Shown one piece after another: positions 55,118 through 64,000 of a DNA stretch of 64,000 nt. The translations under genes and the position numbers were made by a program. The notes beneath the pieces were generated by a model. It was not told the origin of the DNA, did not search any database, and saw nothing but the letters and a program-made list of their open reading frames with translations. The stretch is from contig JBBDZU010000002.1 of assembly GCA_040900055.1 (NCBI GenBank), forward strand, positions 18,425 to 82,424, given 5' to 3'. The stretch comes from Candidatus Saccharimonadales bacterium (lineage in GTDB: Bacteria > Patescibacteriota > Saccharimonadia > Saccharimonadales > UBA10212). Position 1 is the stretch's first letter. The number at the start of each line of letters is the position of its first letter.

Positions 55118-57140
55118 TATGGGGCTTCAGCAACTTAAAACACATCTATTAAAAACTGGTCTGACCTTGGCTGGATGCCTGATTTTAGCTGGAGCTATTA
55201 ATGTTGGCAAGGCTGAAGCCACGCCTTCACCCAGTCAATGGCAGGCCGGCAACATTATCAGTGATGGCAAATTTTTCAACTCCACCTCCATGACTCCGGC
55301 GGCGATTCAAAATTTTCTGAACTCCAAGGTGGCTGCCTGCGATACTTGGGGTACTCAACCTTATGGCAATACAGGTATGACACGTGCACAATGGGCAGCT
55401 GCCAACGGTAAACCTCAGCCGCCGTATACATGTCTCAAAGAGTACTCGGAGAATACACCAGCTATGTCAGCCGATGCATACTGTAATGCCTATGGCGGCG
55501 GTACTAACAATGCAGCTACAATTATCTGGTATATCTCGCAGATTTGCGGAATTAATCCGCAGGTTCTAATTGTTCTTCTTCAAAAAGAGCAGAGCCTCGT
55601 GACGGACGATTGGCCGTGGCCGAGGCAATACCAATTTGCCACCGGCTATTGTGTTTACGATGTTGGTCCTCCGCCTCCAAGCTGCGAGGGCACTGATGGC
55701 TTTTTCCGGCAGGTTTATTATGCTGCACGACAGTTTAAGAGGTATGCAGCCCTACCCCAGAATTATAATTTTCGGCCTAATGCTACAAGCAATATTCAAT
55801 ACGACGTAGATACAAATTGCGGCAGCTCAGCTGTATACATACAAAATCAGGCCACAGCAAACTTGTATAACTACACTCCTTACCAACCTAACCAGGCGGC
55901 TTTGAATGCCGGATATGGCTCAGCTGAACCATGTGGTGCATACGGCAACCGGAACTTCTGGCTGTTTTACTGGGACTGGTTTGGCCCGACAACCGGAGTC
56001 GATTATTCGTGGTCATACATTAGTACATCTTTCTCAACCGGATCTTCCCAGGTTACGGGTAACTCCCAGATAACTATTACCGTCACTGCAAAAAACACTG
56101 GTAATCAATCTTGGTCCAGCACAAATTTCCCGGTGCGGCTAGCGACCTTCGCGCCGTCTAATCATAGTAGTGCGCTTTATAATTCCAGCTGGATAAGTTC
56201 TTCTAGACCGGCCAATGTCGGGCAGCCCGTCGTGGCGCCCGGAGAGAATGGGACCTTTACCTTCGTCGCTAATGTGCCCAACATCAGCGGCAGTTATTAC
56301 GAGAGGTTTAATCTCGTTGCCGAAGGCTCTACTTGGATGCCCGATATCGGCTTTAGTATCGAACTCCGAGTCACCAAATCTACCTACAAATATCAGATGG
56401 TCTCGCAGAGTTCCACTAATGGCTGGGTGTTGACGCCTGGCCAGAACTCGCAGTTCACGCTGGTCGCCAGAAATACCGGCAATACCACATGGAACAATTC
56501 GTCAAATCCAGTCAAACTTGCGACTTGGGATCCGCCTTATAGCCGGAGCGACTTCGACCCTGGAACCTGGGAAGGACCATATCGCGCTGCTACTTTGCAA
56601 GAGTCATCGGTTGCACCCGGCCAAAACGGTACATTCGTATTCCCGGTCAAGGCACCTAATACCTCCGGCTTTTATGCCGAACGCTTTAATTTAGTCATGG
56701 AAGGAGTATCTTGGTTTGATGACCCTTGGCTGGAGTTCCAGACCAATGTTGGTAATTTCTATACTTGGCAGATGGTATCGCAAAGTTCTAATCAAGGATT
56801 CAGTCTCAGCAAAGGCGAAATTGCCCAATTTACATTAGTCGCAAAAAATACGGGTAATGTAACCTGGAACAACTCAAGTAATCCTGTCCGATTAGCAACT
56901 TGGAATCCGTCTTATCGCATTAGCCCGTTCTGTAGTGACAACACTAACTGGGTTATGGGTTGCATACGAGCCGCAACCTTACAGCAATCGTCAGTAGCTC
57001 CAGGAAATAACGGGACATTTGTATTTACAGTCCAGGCTCCACAAAAAGCTGGCTTTTATTTGGAGCGGTTCAATTTGGTAGCAGAAGGCCTTGCGTGGTT
57101 TACAGACCCTTGGCTTGAATTCCAGGTTCACGTAGAATAG
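55104..57140 (+). CDS. secreted protein: conserved N-terminal domain plus three tandem ~120-aa Ig-like (NBR1-like) repeats
   Basis: 678 aa with a signal peptide. The N-domain has LLQKEQSLV, YTPYQPN and YGNRNFW motifs. Three repeats share the pattern NTGNxxWxxxxxPVxLATxxP...VAPGxNGTFxF...GxYxERFNLVxEGxxW. ATG 55119 is an alternative start. Confidence 0.6.
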   Translation: MGPIDMGLQQLKTHLLKTGLTLAGCLILAGAINVGKAEATPSPSQWQAGNIISDGKFFNSTSMTPAAIQNFLNSKVAACDTWGTQPYGNTGMTRAQWAAANGKPQPPYTCLKEYSENTPAMSADAYCNAYGGGTNNAATIIWYISQICGINPQVLIVLLQKEQSLVTDDWPWPRQYQFATGYCVYDVGPPPPSCEGTDGFFRQVYYAARQFKRYAALPQNYNFRPNATSNIQYDVDTNCGSSAVYIQNQATANLYNYTPYQPNQAALNAGYGSAEPCGAYGNRNFWLFYWDWFGPTTGVDYSWSYISTSFSTGSSQVTGNSQITITVTAKNTGNQSWSSTNFPVRLATFAPSNHSSALYNSSWISSSRPANVGQPVVAPGENGTFTFVANVPNISGSYYERFNLVAEGSTWMPDIGFSIELRVTKSTYKYQMVSQSSTNGWVLTPGQNSQFTLVARNTGNTTWNNSSNPVKLATWDPPYSRSDFDPGTWEGPYRAATLQESSVAPGQNGTFVFPVKAPNTSGFYAERFNLVMEGVSWFDDPWLEFQTNVGNFYTWQMVSQSSNQGFSLSKGEIAQFTLVAKNTGNVTWNNSSNPVRLATWNPSYRISPFCSDNTNWVMGCIRAATLQQSSVAPGNNGTFVFTVQAPQKAGFYLERFNLVAEGLAWFTDPWLEFQVHVE

Positions 57141-57187
57141 CTCCCCCTCATAGCCGTTAGTGCGTGCTATACTCTAACCTGTAATTC

Positions 57188-58126
57188 ATGTTTTGGAAAG
57201 ATAAGAAAGTTCTAGTGACTGGCGGTCACGGTTTTCTTGGCAGCCATCTTGTAGAAAAACTCCAAGAATTCAAGGCGAATGTCATAGCCCCCTCTCGTGC
57301 TGAATATGACTTAGTAGATCGCGGCGCCATTATCAAAATGTATGAAGACCATCCTGCTGATATGGTTATCCATTTGGCAGCAGTTGTTGGGGGTATTGGC
57401 ATAAACCAAAAACATCCGGGTAAGTTCTTTTATGAAAATCTCATGATGGGAGTACAGTTAATTGAGTACGCTCGTGTGGCGGGCATATCCAAGTTTGTGG
57501 CTTTAGGTACAATTTGTGCTTATCCCAAATTCACTCCTGTGCCTTTTAAAGAGAATGACTTATGGAATGGCTATCCAGAAGAAACGAACGCGCCTTATGG
57601 TTTAGCTAAAAAAATGATGCTCGTCCAATCGCAAGCTTACAGGCAAGAATATGGCTACAATTCTATTTTCTTACTTCCAGTCAATCTTTATGGCCCTAGA
57701 GATAACTTCAACCCGCAAAGCTCTCACGTTATCCCCGCTTTGATTAAAAAGTGTGTGGATGCTGTGGAGTCTGGGGCCAACAGTATTGAAGTATGGGGGG
57801 ATGGCTCACCAACCCGTGAATTTTTATATGTAAAAGATGCAGTAGAGGGAATTTTACTGGCAGCTGAAAAATATGATAAAAGCGATCCGGTTAATTTAGG
57901 CAGCTCGTTTGAGATCTCAATCAAAGATTTGGTTGAATTGATAGCCAAAGAGACAGGGTTTGAGGCCCAAATCAAATGGGATAAATCTAAACCTAATGGC
58001 CAGCCTCGGAGAAAGTTAGATACCTCAAGAGCCAAAAAAGAGTTTGGCTTTGAATCAAAAACCACATTTGAGGATGGCCTGCGTGAAACGATAAAATGGT
58101 ATCGAGAGCACAGATCAAATGCGTAG
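57188..58126 (+). CDS. fcl: GDP-L-fucose synthase (GDP-4-keto-6-deoxymannose 3,5-epimerase/4-reductase)
   Basis: 312 aa. [12 protein letters not shown], catalytic YxxxK (NAPYGLAKK), and NLYGPRDNF. Confidence 0.88.
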   Translation: MFWKDKKVLVTGGHGFLGSHLVEKLQEFKANVIAPSRAEYDLVDRGAIIKMYEDHPADMVIHLAAVVGGIGINQKHPGKFFYENLMMGVQLIEYARVAGISKFVALGTICAYPKFTPVPFKENDLWNGYPEETNAPYGLAKKMMLVQSQAYRQEYGYNSIFLLPVNLYGPRDNFNPQSSHVIPALIKKCVDAVESGANSIEVWGDGSPTREFLYVKDAVEGILLAAEKYDKSDPVNLGSSFEISIKDLVELIAKETGFEAQIKWDKSKPNGQPRRKLDTSRAKKEFGFESKTTFEDGLRETIKWYREHRSNA

Positions 58127-58952
58127 TTTAACTAATGAAACCGTAATATCGCCAGGTAAACAGAGCAGCGTCAGCCTGCGCGAACTTTGGCTATACCGAG
58201 AGTTGTTTTACTTCTTTGCCTGGCGAGATATCAAAGTCCGCTACAAACAATCGGTGCTTGGTATCGGGTGGGCAATTCTCCAGCCACTATTGCTGGCCAT
58301 TATTTTTACGCTTTTTTTTCACCGCATAGCCGGCATTAGCTCAGGTGACCAGGACATCCCTTACCCCGTCTTTGCTTACCTTGGCTTAATGTTTTGGAAC
58401 GCTTTCTCCGGCGCGCTAAATAGCATAAGCAACTCGCTTGTGGGGAACGCCGGCGTAATCACCAAGATATATTTTCCTCGATTAATCCCACCGTTGGCGG
58501 CGTCAGCCTTAAGTATTGTGGACTTTTTCTTCGCCACCATAATTTTCGTTATCATCCTCCTTGTCTTCACTGTGACGCCAGGATTGCTAGGTATTCTATT
58601 GATTATTCCTTCCCTTTTGCTTATTACTGTTGCCGCTCTGGGAGCTGGTTTATTTTTCGCAGCTTTGAACGTCAAATACCGTGATGTTCGCGCGGCATTA
58701 CCTTACCTTGTGCAAGCCCTTTTCTTTATGACGCCTGTAATTTATCCTATAACCCTAATCCCGGAACGCTTTCGCGACATTGCCTACTTAAACCCCGCAG
58801 CCGGAGCCATCAGCACGGTTAAGGCTGGTATCTTTGGCCAGCCAGTGGAGTGGGGCAGTCTTGCGCTCTCCTGGATTAGCGCAATCGTTCTACTGATAAT
58901 TGGTATTTGGTATTTCAAACGGACAGAGAAGGATTTTGTAGACGTAATATGA
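58119..58952 (+). CDS. wzm: ABC-2 type polysaccharide export permease (Wzm-like)
   Basis: 277 aa, six TM helices. The N-terminal [26 protein letters not shown] signature. Confidence 0.85.
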   Translation: MRSLTNETVISPGKQSSVSLRELWLYRELFYFFAWRDIKVRYKQSVLGIGWAILQPLLLAIIFTLFFHRIAGISSGDQDIPYPVFAYLGLMFWNAFSGALNSISNSLVGNAGVITKIYFPRLIPPLAASALSIVDFFFATIIFVIILLVFTVTPGLLGILLIIPSLLLITVAALGAGLFFAALNVKYRDVRAALPYLVQALFFMTPVIYPITLIPERFRDIAYLNPAAGAISTVKAGIFGQPVEWGSLALSWISAIVLLIIGIWYFKRTEKDFVDVI

Positions 58953-60253
58953 AGCCAGTTATTCAAGTTGAAAATATTAGTAAATCTTATGATATAAGCC
59001 ACCAGACCAGGGCATCCTACGGCACTCTGAAGGATGATTTTGCAAATCTTCTAAAAAAGTCGGTTGGACGGGGGGATAGAGATGAGCATGAGACCTTTTG
59101 GGCCTTAAAAGACGTATCCTTTGAAGTCGGCGAAGGTGAAGCTTTCGGAATAATCGGCAAGAATGGTTCCGGTAAATCAACCCTGTTAAAAATCCTTTCT
59201 CGGATTGTTGAGCCAAGCAGTGGCACTGCTAGACTTCGTGGCAGAGTTGCCAGCCTGCTCGAGGTTGGTACAGGTTTTCATCAGGAACTAACCGGCCGCG
59301 AAAATATTTTTTTTAATGGCTCTATGCTTGGAATGAGCCGCCAGGAAATAAGGAAGAAGTTTAATGAGATTGTAGAATTTTCCGAAATCGAACAGTTTCT
59401 AGATACTCCTGTTAAATTTTACTCCTCCGGCATGTATGTCCGTTTAGCTTTTGCCGTGGCCGCACACCTTGATCCGGAAATATTGATTCTAGATGAAGTT
59501 TTAGCAGTTGGGGATGCCCAGTTCCAAAAAAAGAGCATGGATAAAATGCTAAGCATTGCAAAAGGCGGACGCACAATTATTTTCGTCAGCCACAGCATGG
59601 CTTCCGTCGAAGATCTATGTGACAGAGCAATGCTACTGCACAGAGGTAAAGTAAAGATTATCGGTGATACTAGTGAGGTCGTTGATAAATACTTAGGGGA
59701 AAGTTCGCCCAAGGAAGCCGAAGGAACCGCTGCGGCCCTAGCTGCTGATGAAGCTAGTAAATCTAAAAGGGAGCTTACAAAGATTCCTATAGAAAAACGC
59801 CGTGATAGGCAGGGTACAGGACGGGTTAGATTTACTGAGCTTAATTTAGAAAACCATATTGAAAAGAAGCGGCAGTTGAAAATTAAACTTGCGCTAAAAA
59901 ATAGGACTAAGACGAAGTTCGAGAACTTTAAGCTCTCTATAGATATTTTTGACAGTGCGGGTAACTACATAAGCAATTGTTTGAATTACACGGTGAATCA
60001 AACAATTAATCTTCACCCAGGCGATAACTATGTAACAGTCACCGTCGACAAGATAAACCTTGTTCCGGGTGCTTATTATATAAACTGTTTCGCCGGTAAA
60101 GATTTTAACAATAGTGAGATATTCGATTGGGTGGAAAACGCCGGTTCATTTAGGGTACCTGTCTATGACTATTACCGTGCCGGCAAACCGCCAGAGGTGA
60201 TCCCCAAGTTTGTCTACTTGGATCATAGCTACGAAGTTGGTACTAAACTATGA
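58949..60253 (+). CDS. wzt: polysaccharide ABC transporter ATP-binding protein with a C-terminal glycan-binding-type domain (Wzt-like)
   Basis: The ATG at 58949 overlaps the wzm TGA (ATGA). Walker A GKNGSGKST, signature YSSGM, Walker B ILILDE. About 170 extra C-terminal residues have a beta-rich Wzt_C-like pattern. Confidence 0.85.
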   Translation: MKPVIQVENISKSYDISHQTRASYGTLKDDFANLLKKSVGRGDRDEHETFWALKDVSFEVGEGEAFGIIGKNGSGKSTLLKILSRIVEPSSGTARLRGRVASLLEVGTGFHQELTGRENIFFNGSMLGMSRQEIRKKFNEIVEFSEIEQFLDTPVKFYSSGMYVRLAFAVAAHLDPEILILDEVLAVGDAQFQKKSMDKMLSIAKGGRTIIFVSHSMASVEDLCDRAMLLHRGKVKIIGDTSEVVDKYLGESSPKEAEGTAAALAADEASKSKRELTKIPIEKRRDRQGTGRVRFTELNLENHIEKKRQLKIKLALKNRTKTKFENFKLSIDIFDSAGNYISNCLNYTVNQTINLHPGDNYVTVTVDKINLVPGAYYINCFAGKDFNNSEIFDWVENAGSFRVPVYDYYRAGKPPEVIPKFVYLDHSYEVGTKL

Positions 60254-61128
60254 GAGCTATAAAAAAAATTATTTCATCATTATTCGCTTTATTTGGTTAT
60301 AGAATAACGAAGATTACAAGAGGTTCCATCCTTGTTAATGAAGTAATCGCAACTGAAAAAACCGAAGAGCCCGAGCCCAAAACTGCCCAAGACATAGAGT
60401 TCGAGTTCATCTCCCTACTCCCAGGGTTTTTGGACCGCGATGCTTACGAACTTTTTTGCAAACTCGGACAGATTTTTCAAAAGAAAACTCCTGAAATTTT
60501 AGAAGTCGGAATTTTTTGCGGTAAAAGTTTCTTAGCTCTTGGGCTTGCCTTCAAAAGCCCTTCCCGATTAGTGGGCGTTGATCCTTTTTACGAAGATTTT
60601 AAAGACTCTCCCGCGCTTGAAGATGAAGGCGAATATTTGGAACAGGCTTCAGAGTACCTAACCGGGAAACAGCGGCTAGCTCTCCTAGAAAAGACTTTGG
60701 CGAATAGTAAGAACTTCAGGGCGGATTTACCCGCTAAGTTCACTATTCTTGAGATGACGCAGGATGATTTTTTTAAAACCAAAAAAGTTTCTGAGAAATT
60801 TGATGTTGTGCATATAGACGGAGAGCATACTTTCCAGGCAGTTTATGATTTTTTTGACCAGGTCGATACAACTTTGAATACCAGCTCAATTGTTATTGTT
60901 GACGATTTTCTTAACCCGGGGTTCCCTGAGATTTCTGAAGCAGTTCATATTCACCCCACTTACAAAAAAGAGGTCTTTCCAGTTTTCTATGGATTCAATA
61001 AAGCGGTATTTCTTTACAAACCGGTCACCGCTCAAGTTAAAAAATTTTCGAGCCAATTATCAAAAGCCTACAGGTCGGAAGGTAGAGCCGTGAGACCTCT
61101 AGTGGATGGCTCTGTGACTGTACAATGA
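60250..61128 (+). CDS. class I SAM-dependent methyltransferase (Methyltransf_24-like)
   Basis: 292 aa. EVGIFCGKSF (motif I) and VHIDGEHTFQAVYDFF. Overlaps the wzt stop by 4 nt. Confidence 0.6.
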   Translation: MRAIKKIISSLFALFGYRITKITRGSILVNEVIATEKTEEPEPKTAQDIEFEFISLLPGFLDRDAYELFCKLGQIFQKKTPEILEVGIFCGKSFLALGLAFKSPSRLVGVDPFYEDFKDSPALEDEGEYLEQASEYLTGKQRLALLEKTLANSKNFRADLPAKFTILEMTQDDFFKTKKVSEKFDVVHIDGEHTFQAVYDFFDQVDTTLNTSSIVIVDDFLNPGFPEISEAVHIHPTYKKEVFPVFYGFNKAVFLYKPVTAQVKKFSSQLSKAYRSEGRAVRPLVDGSVTVQ

Positions 61129-61988
61129 AGATTTATATATTGCCGATTGATTCTAAACTGCAACCAGATTCACAAAAATTTGAATACCCTGCTGGTAATT
61201 CGGACTATGGTGTCGAACAGGATTTTCTAAGATATATAAGTACTAAATCTTTGGCAACCGACTCGCCCACCGAAGCAGGTTGGCATTATCTGCCGGTCTT
61301 TTGGACTCGCTGGCACCTTAACCATAATTATGGAAAGGAAGGCTTAAAGGAGCTCCAAGCTGAGGTTTCAAAAAGCCTCATAGATCCTCAAAGAACTTTT
61401 ACCATCTGCCAGTATGACGATGGCCCGGTAATTGACCTTGGGCCCGTAACCGTTTTCTTAGCCTCTAGAAAGACAAAGGCTGGCCTGGATATACCGCTTT
61501 TACGCAATCCCTTGAAAACCCCTTTTTTTAAACCCCGGAAGCAATACCTAGCTTCATTTGTTGGCAGACTCGATACCCACCCAATCCGAAAACAGATGGC
61601 AATGGCCTTAGAAGGACGCGACGACATCATGATTAGCGATGGAGACAAGGGACAAAAATTTTTTGTAAACGAAACCCTGCGTTCCTATACCGCGCTTTGT
61701 CCTAGAGGATACGGCGGCAGTTCCTTTCGTTTCTATGAAGCGATGCAGCTAGGTATAGCCCCGCTGCTTATCGGAGATATTGACACCCGGCCGTTTAAAA
61801 AATATATAGCGTGGGATAGTGTAAGTTTCTATATAAAAAACGCTGAAAAGCTTCCCGCACTTTTAGATGGCCTTGATAAAAAAAGGTTGAAATATATGGG
61901 CAGCATGGCGAAAAAAACCTATATGAATCATCTCCAGTACGGAAAATGGGGTGACTACGTTATTAAGGAGCTAGAAACGACATCATGA
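61125..61988 (+). CDS. exostosin-like (GT47-like) glycosyltransferase
   Basis: 287 aa. C-terminal LCPRGYGGSSFRFYEAMQLGIAPLLIGD matches the exostosin-family pattern. Confidence 0.6.
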   Translation: MKIYILPIDSKLQPDSQKFEYPAGNSDYGVEQDFLRYISTKSLATDSPTEAGWHYLPVFWTRWHLNHNYGKEGLKELQAEVSKSLIDPQRTFTICQYDDGPVIDLGPVTVFLASRKTKAGLDIPLLRNPLKTPFFKPRKQYLASFVGRLDTHPIRKQMAMALEGRDDIMISDGDKGQKFFVNETLRSYTALCPRGYGGSSFRFYEAMQLGIAPLLIGDIDTRPFKKYIAWDSVSFYIKNAEKLPALLDGLDKKRLKYMGSMAKKTYMNHLQYGKWGDYVIKELETTS

Positions 61989-63418
61989 TATCGTTAGATA
62001 AAAAGATAACCAAACACGCCTTAGCTGCGGAAGAAGTCTGGGGTAAAGCCTACGACAAATTCCCAAGAGTGATTTCAAAAAAGAAACTAAAAAAGGGGGT
62101 AGAGCTAGGAGTTGCTTTCGGCGGTCACACGGAAGCCATCTTAAAAAATACCGCCGTCGAGCACCTGTATGGGGTCGATCCTTACCTCCACATAGCCGGC
62201 TATGATGATCCAATGAACCTGCCGCAAAATGAGTTCGACGCCATATTTAAGTTCGTCAAAAAAAGGATGGCCAGCTTTGGTAAGCGTTATATTCACATCA
62301 GGCAAACTTCTGAGCGCGCCGCCAGTTCAATAAAAGAAGCTTTGGATTTTATTTATATTGATGCCAATCACTCTTATAAGGGTGTCTGGGGTGATTTGAT
62401 AAGGTGGTATCCGAAAATACTCGAAGGCGGGATAATTGGCGGTCATGACTATGGGCATCCCAGTTTTCCAGGTGTAAAGCGGGCGGTTGATAAATTTTTC
62501 GGACGGTTGAGTTGGCCAATCCACGAGGAGGGCGAAGGGGTTTGGTGGGTTGAGAAAAAACCAGTTTCTGTAAGTTTCATCATGCCGACCTACAACGCGG
62601 AAAAAACCATTGAAGCTTCAGCAGAGTCTATTTTCAAAGACAATTTTTTGCCAGGAGATGAAGTAGTAATCGTTAATGATTGTTCTACCGACAATACGGC
62701 AGGAGCATTAAAAAATTTGCAAAAAAAACACCCAGAGATTAAGATCTTCAATCATGCCATCAACAAAGGAGGCGGCGCAGCGCGTAATACTGCTGTTAAG
62801 CATGCTAAAAACGCACTTATTTTTTGCCTGGATGCAGATAATGTTTTGGCCCCGGACTCCGTAATCAAGCTGAGGGATTTTCTAGTCGTTTCTGGTGGAG
62901 ACGCCGCTTCATTTAGCACCCTAAAATATTTTAAAATTGCCCCCTCTAATGTCACGCATCAGTGGCATTTTGACGATAACAATGCTAGCTTGGAAGGAGC
63001 ACTTTCCACTTATAAATTCCCCGGCTCAAGTGGCAACTATTTGTTTACCAAGGAGAGTTGGCAAAAAGCTGGACGATACCCTGAATTCGCAGGAGCTCTG
63101 GATGCTTGGGGATTTGGGCTCCGGCAGGTAGCCACGGGATCAAAAATGACAGTTATGCCTCAGTCGTTTTATTACCATCGTTATGGCCATGATTCATACT
63201 GGATGCGTGAGGCTCGGACAGGCGAAACATCCGCTAGAGCCCTGCAGCTATTAACCCCTTTTTTAAATCAGTTGAATGAACGTGACGTCGACCATATTAA
63301 AAGTGAAAGAGCTCGTAATAATTGGTTTGACAACCTAGAGAAGCGCCCAGTTCGAGTTAGGAAAAGGGGGGGCCGTTCTCCTTTATTGATTAGAATTAAG
63401 AAGAGGTTAAAAAAATGA
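61985..63418 (+). CDS. bifunctional protein: N-terminal class I methyltransferase fused to a GT2 glycosyltransferase
   Basis: 477 aa. The N-terminal half has YIDANHSYKGVWGDL...GGHDY (Methyltransf_24-like). The C-terminal half has SFIMPTYNAEKTI, VNDCSTDNT and LDADN (GT2 DxD). Confidence 0.8.
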   Translation: MISLDKKITKHALAAEEVWGKAYDKFPRVISKKKLKKGVELGVAFGGHTEAILKNTAVEHLYGVDPYLHIAGYDDPMNLPQNEFDAIFKFVKKRMASFGKRYIHIRQTSERAASSIKEALDFIYIDANHSYKGVWGDLIRWYPKILEGGIIGGHDYGHPSFPGVKRAVDKFFGRLSWPIHEEGEGVWWVEKKPVSVSFIMPTYNAEKTIEASAESIFKDNFLPGDEVVIVNDCSTDNTAGALKNLQKKHPEIKIFNHAINKGGGAARNTAVKHAKNALIFCLDADNVLAPDSVIKLRDFLVVSGGDAASFSTLKYFKIAPSNVTHQWHFDDNNASLEGALSTYKFPGSSGNYLFTKESWQKAGRYPEFAGALDAWGFGLRQVATGSKMTVMPQSFYYHRYGHDSYWMREARTGETSARALQLLTPFLNQLNERDVDHIKSERARNNWFDNLEKRPVRVRKRGGRSPLLIRIKKRLKK

Positions 63419-64000
63419 AGCTGCACTTAGGCTGCGGACAAGTTTACTTGGAAGGCTATGTCAATATTGATTACCCACTTAGCAAGCATACGGTTCAGCA
63501 AAAATCGGTTGCCGATGAGTTCGCCGATTTAACCGATATGAAATATAAGCCCGAGAGTATCGAAGAGGTGCGACTGCATCATGTTTTTGAACATTTCCCC
63601 CGCACTCAAGCTGTAGCACTATTGGTAAGCTGGCATAGCTGGTTAAAAAAAGGCGGACGGGTACATATAGAGGTTCCGGAGTTTGATGCGACCGCCCGAC
63701 TCGTATTGGACCCTAAAGTGCCAAAGAAGGACCGGAGGCTGGCCATGCGTCATATATTCGGTTCTAACGAAGCTCCATGGGCTGTCCACTATGACGGGTG
63801 GAATGAAGAAAGGTTCAAAGAGCTTTTTGATACTTTTGGCTTTAAAACGGAAAAAGTGGAAAGAAATTCATATATGGCAACCAGGAACATCGAGGTCTTC
63901 GCCAAAAAAAATAAAAAGACACCTAGCTCCGATAAAATAAGAGAGAAAGCTCGAGATTATCTGCGGCCATTCACAGTTAATGACAGTGAATTTGAGACCC
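63415..64000 (+). CDS. partial CDS: SAM-dependent methyltransferase-like protein (continues past the window end)
   Basis: Absent from the ORF track because it has no stop in the window. The ATG at 63415 overlaps the upstream TGA (ATGA). MKLHLGCGQVYLEGYVNID... and HVFEHF are typical of Methyltransf_11/23-like proteins. The frame is open to 64000. Confidence 0.65.
   Translation, partial: MKLHLGCGQVYLEGYVNIDYPLSKHTVQQKSVADEFADLTDMKYKPESIEEVRLHHVFEHFPRTQAVALLVSWHSWLKKGGRVHIEVPEFDATARLVLDPKVPKKDRRLAMRHIFGSNEAPWAVHYDGWNEERFKELFDTFGFKTEKVERNSYMATRNIEVFAKKNKKTPSSDKIREKARDYLRPFTVNDSEFET

Noticed and set aside
63683-63940. 85-aa plus-strand ORF near the window end
   Set aside because: It is out of frame within the longer open frame that starts at 63415, which has clear methyltransferase-like motifs.

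Overview
All calls come from reading the sequence and the ORF track by eye. No database search, RNA covariance model or structure prediction was run.

**Overview.** This is a coding-dense 64-kb chromosomal segment from a small-genome bacterium. The gene content suggests a Patescibacteria/CPR organism, possibly Saccharibacteria-like, but this is inference only. The supporting features are a compact HrcA, a short class-IIb AspRS, a ComEC without a C-terminal metallo-beta-lactamase domain, a sortase next to a DUF3494 surface protein, and many membrane-anchored hypothetical proteins.

**Layout.**
- **1-11.6 kb:** housekeeping genes, mostly on the minus strand (ruvB, ftsH, tilS, gdh, an RRM RNA-binding protein, ftsB-like, ruvA, ruvC, an S51 peptidase, yebC, comEC). 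Three tRNA genes with CAT anticodons are interspersed.
- **11.7-16.1 kb:** an accessory-looking segment ending at tRNA-Lys. It holds a DUF3494 surface protein with an LPNAG sorting signal, a sortase, a YggT-like protein, a DUF4190-like protein and a glutaredoxin. It also holds an unannotated 53-codon Cys-rich ORF and an ABM-like protein. Four copies of a repeat resembling the tRNA-Lys 3' end punctuate it.
- **16.8-27.9 kb:** a GATase / retropepsin-like protease / RimK operon, then the hrcA-grpE-dnaK-X-dnaJ operon with tandem CIRCE operators, a guanylate-kinase-like gene, lepA and murJ.
- **28-35.7 kb:** a MurC/Mpl-like ligase, a MazG-like protein, a 616-aa propeller-like protein coupled to aspS, and a CNNM/CorC-like protein.
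- **35.9-46.7 kb:** ion transport genes (mgtE, a CPA2 antiporter with an RCK domain, a P-type ATPase). Between them sit a PAP2 phosphatase, several hypotheticals and tRNA-Asn.
- **47.3-64 kb:** a LexA-N-domain-only regulator, followed by a surface-glycan cluster. The cluster contains GtrA, an O-antigen-ligase-like protein, a WbaP-like initiating transferase, GT4, fcl, wzm and wzt (the latter with a C-terminal glycan-binding-type domain). It also contains a GT47-like exostosin, a methyltransferase-GT2 fusion and several methyltransferases.

**Main findings.**
- A compact cobalamin-type riboswitch and terminator sit directly upstream of an unassignable 455-aa zinc-ribbon protein (39.0-40.5 kb).
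- A four-copy intergenic repeat / candidate sRNA family mimics the tRNA-Lys 3' end.
- A perfect 40-nt palindrome and a 34-nt copy of it are 31 kb apart. One copy lies upstream of the LexA-like gene.

No CRISPR array, transposase or integrase was seen.
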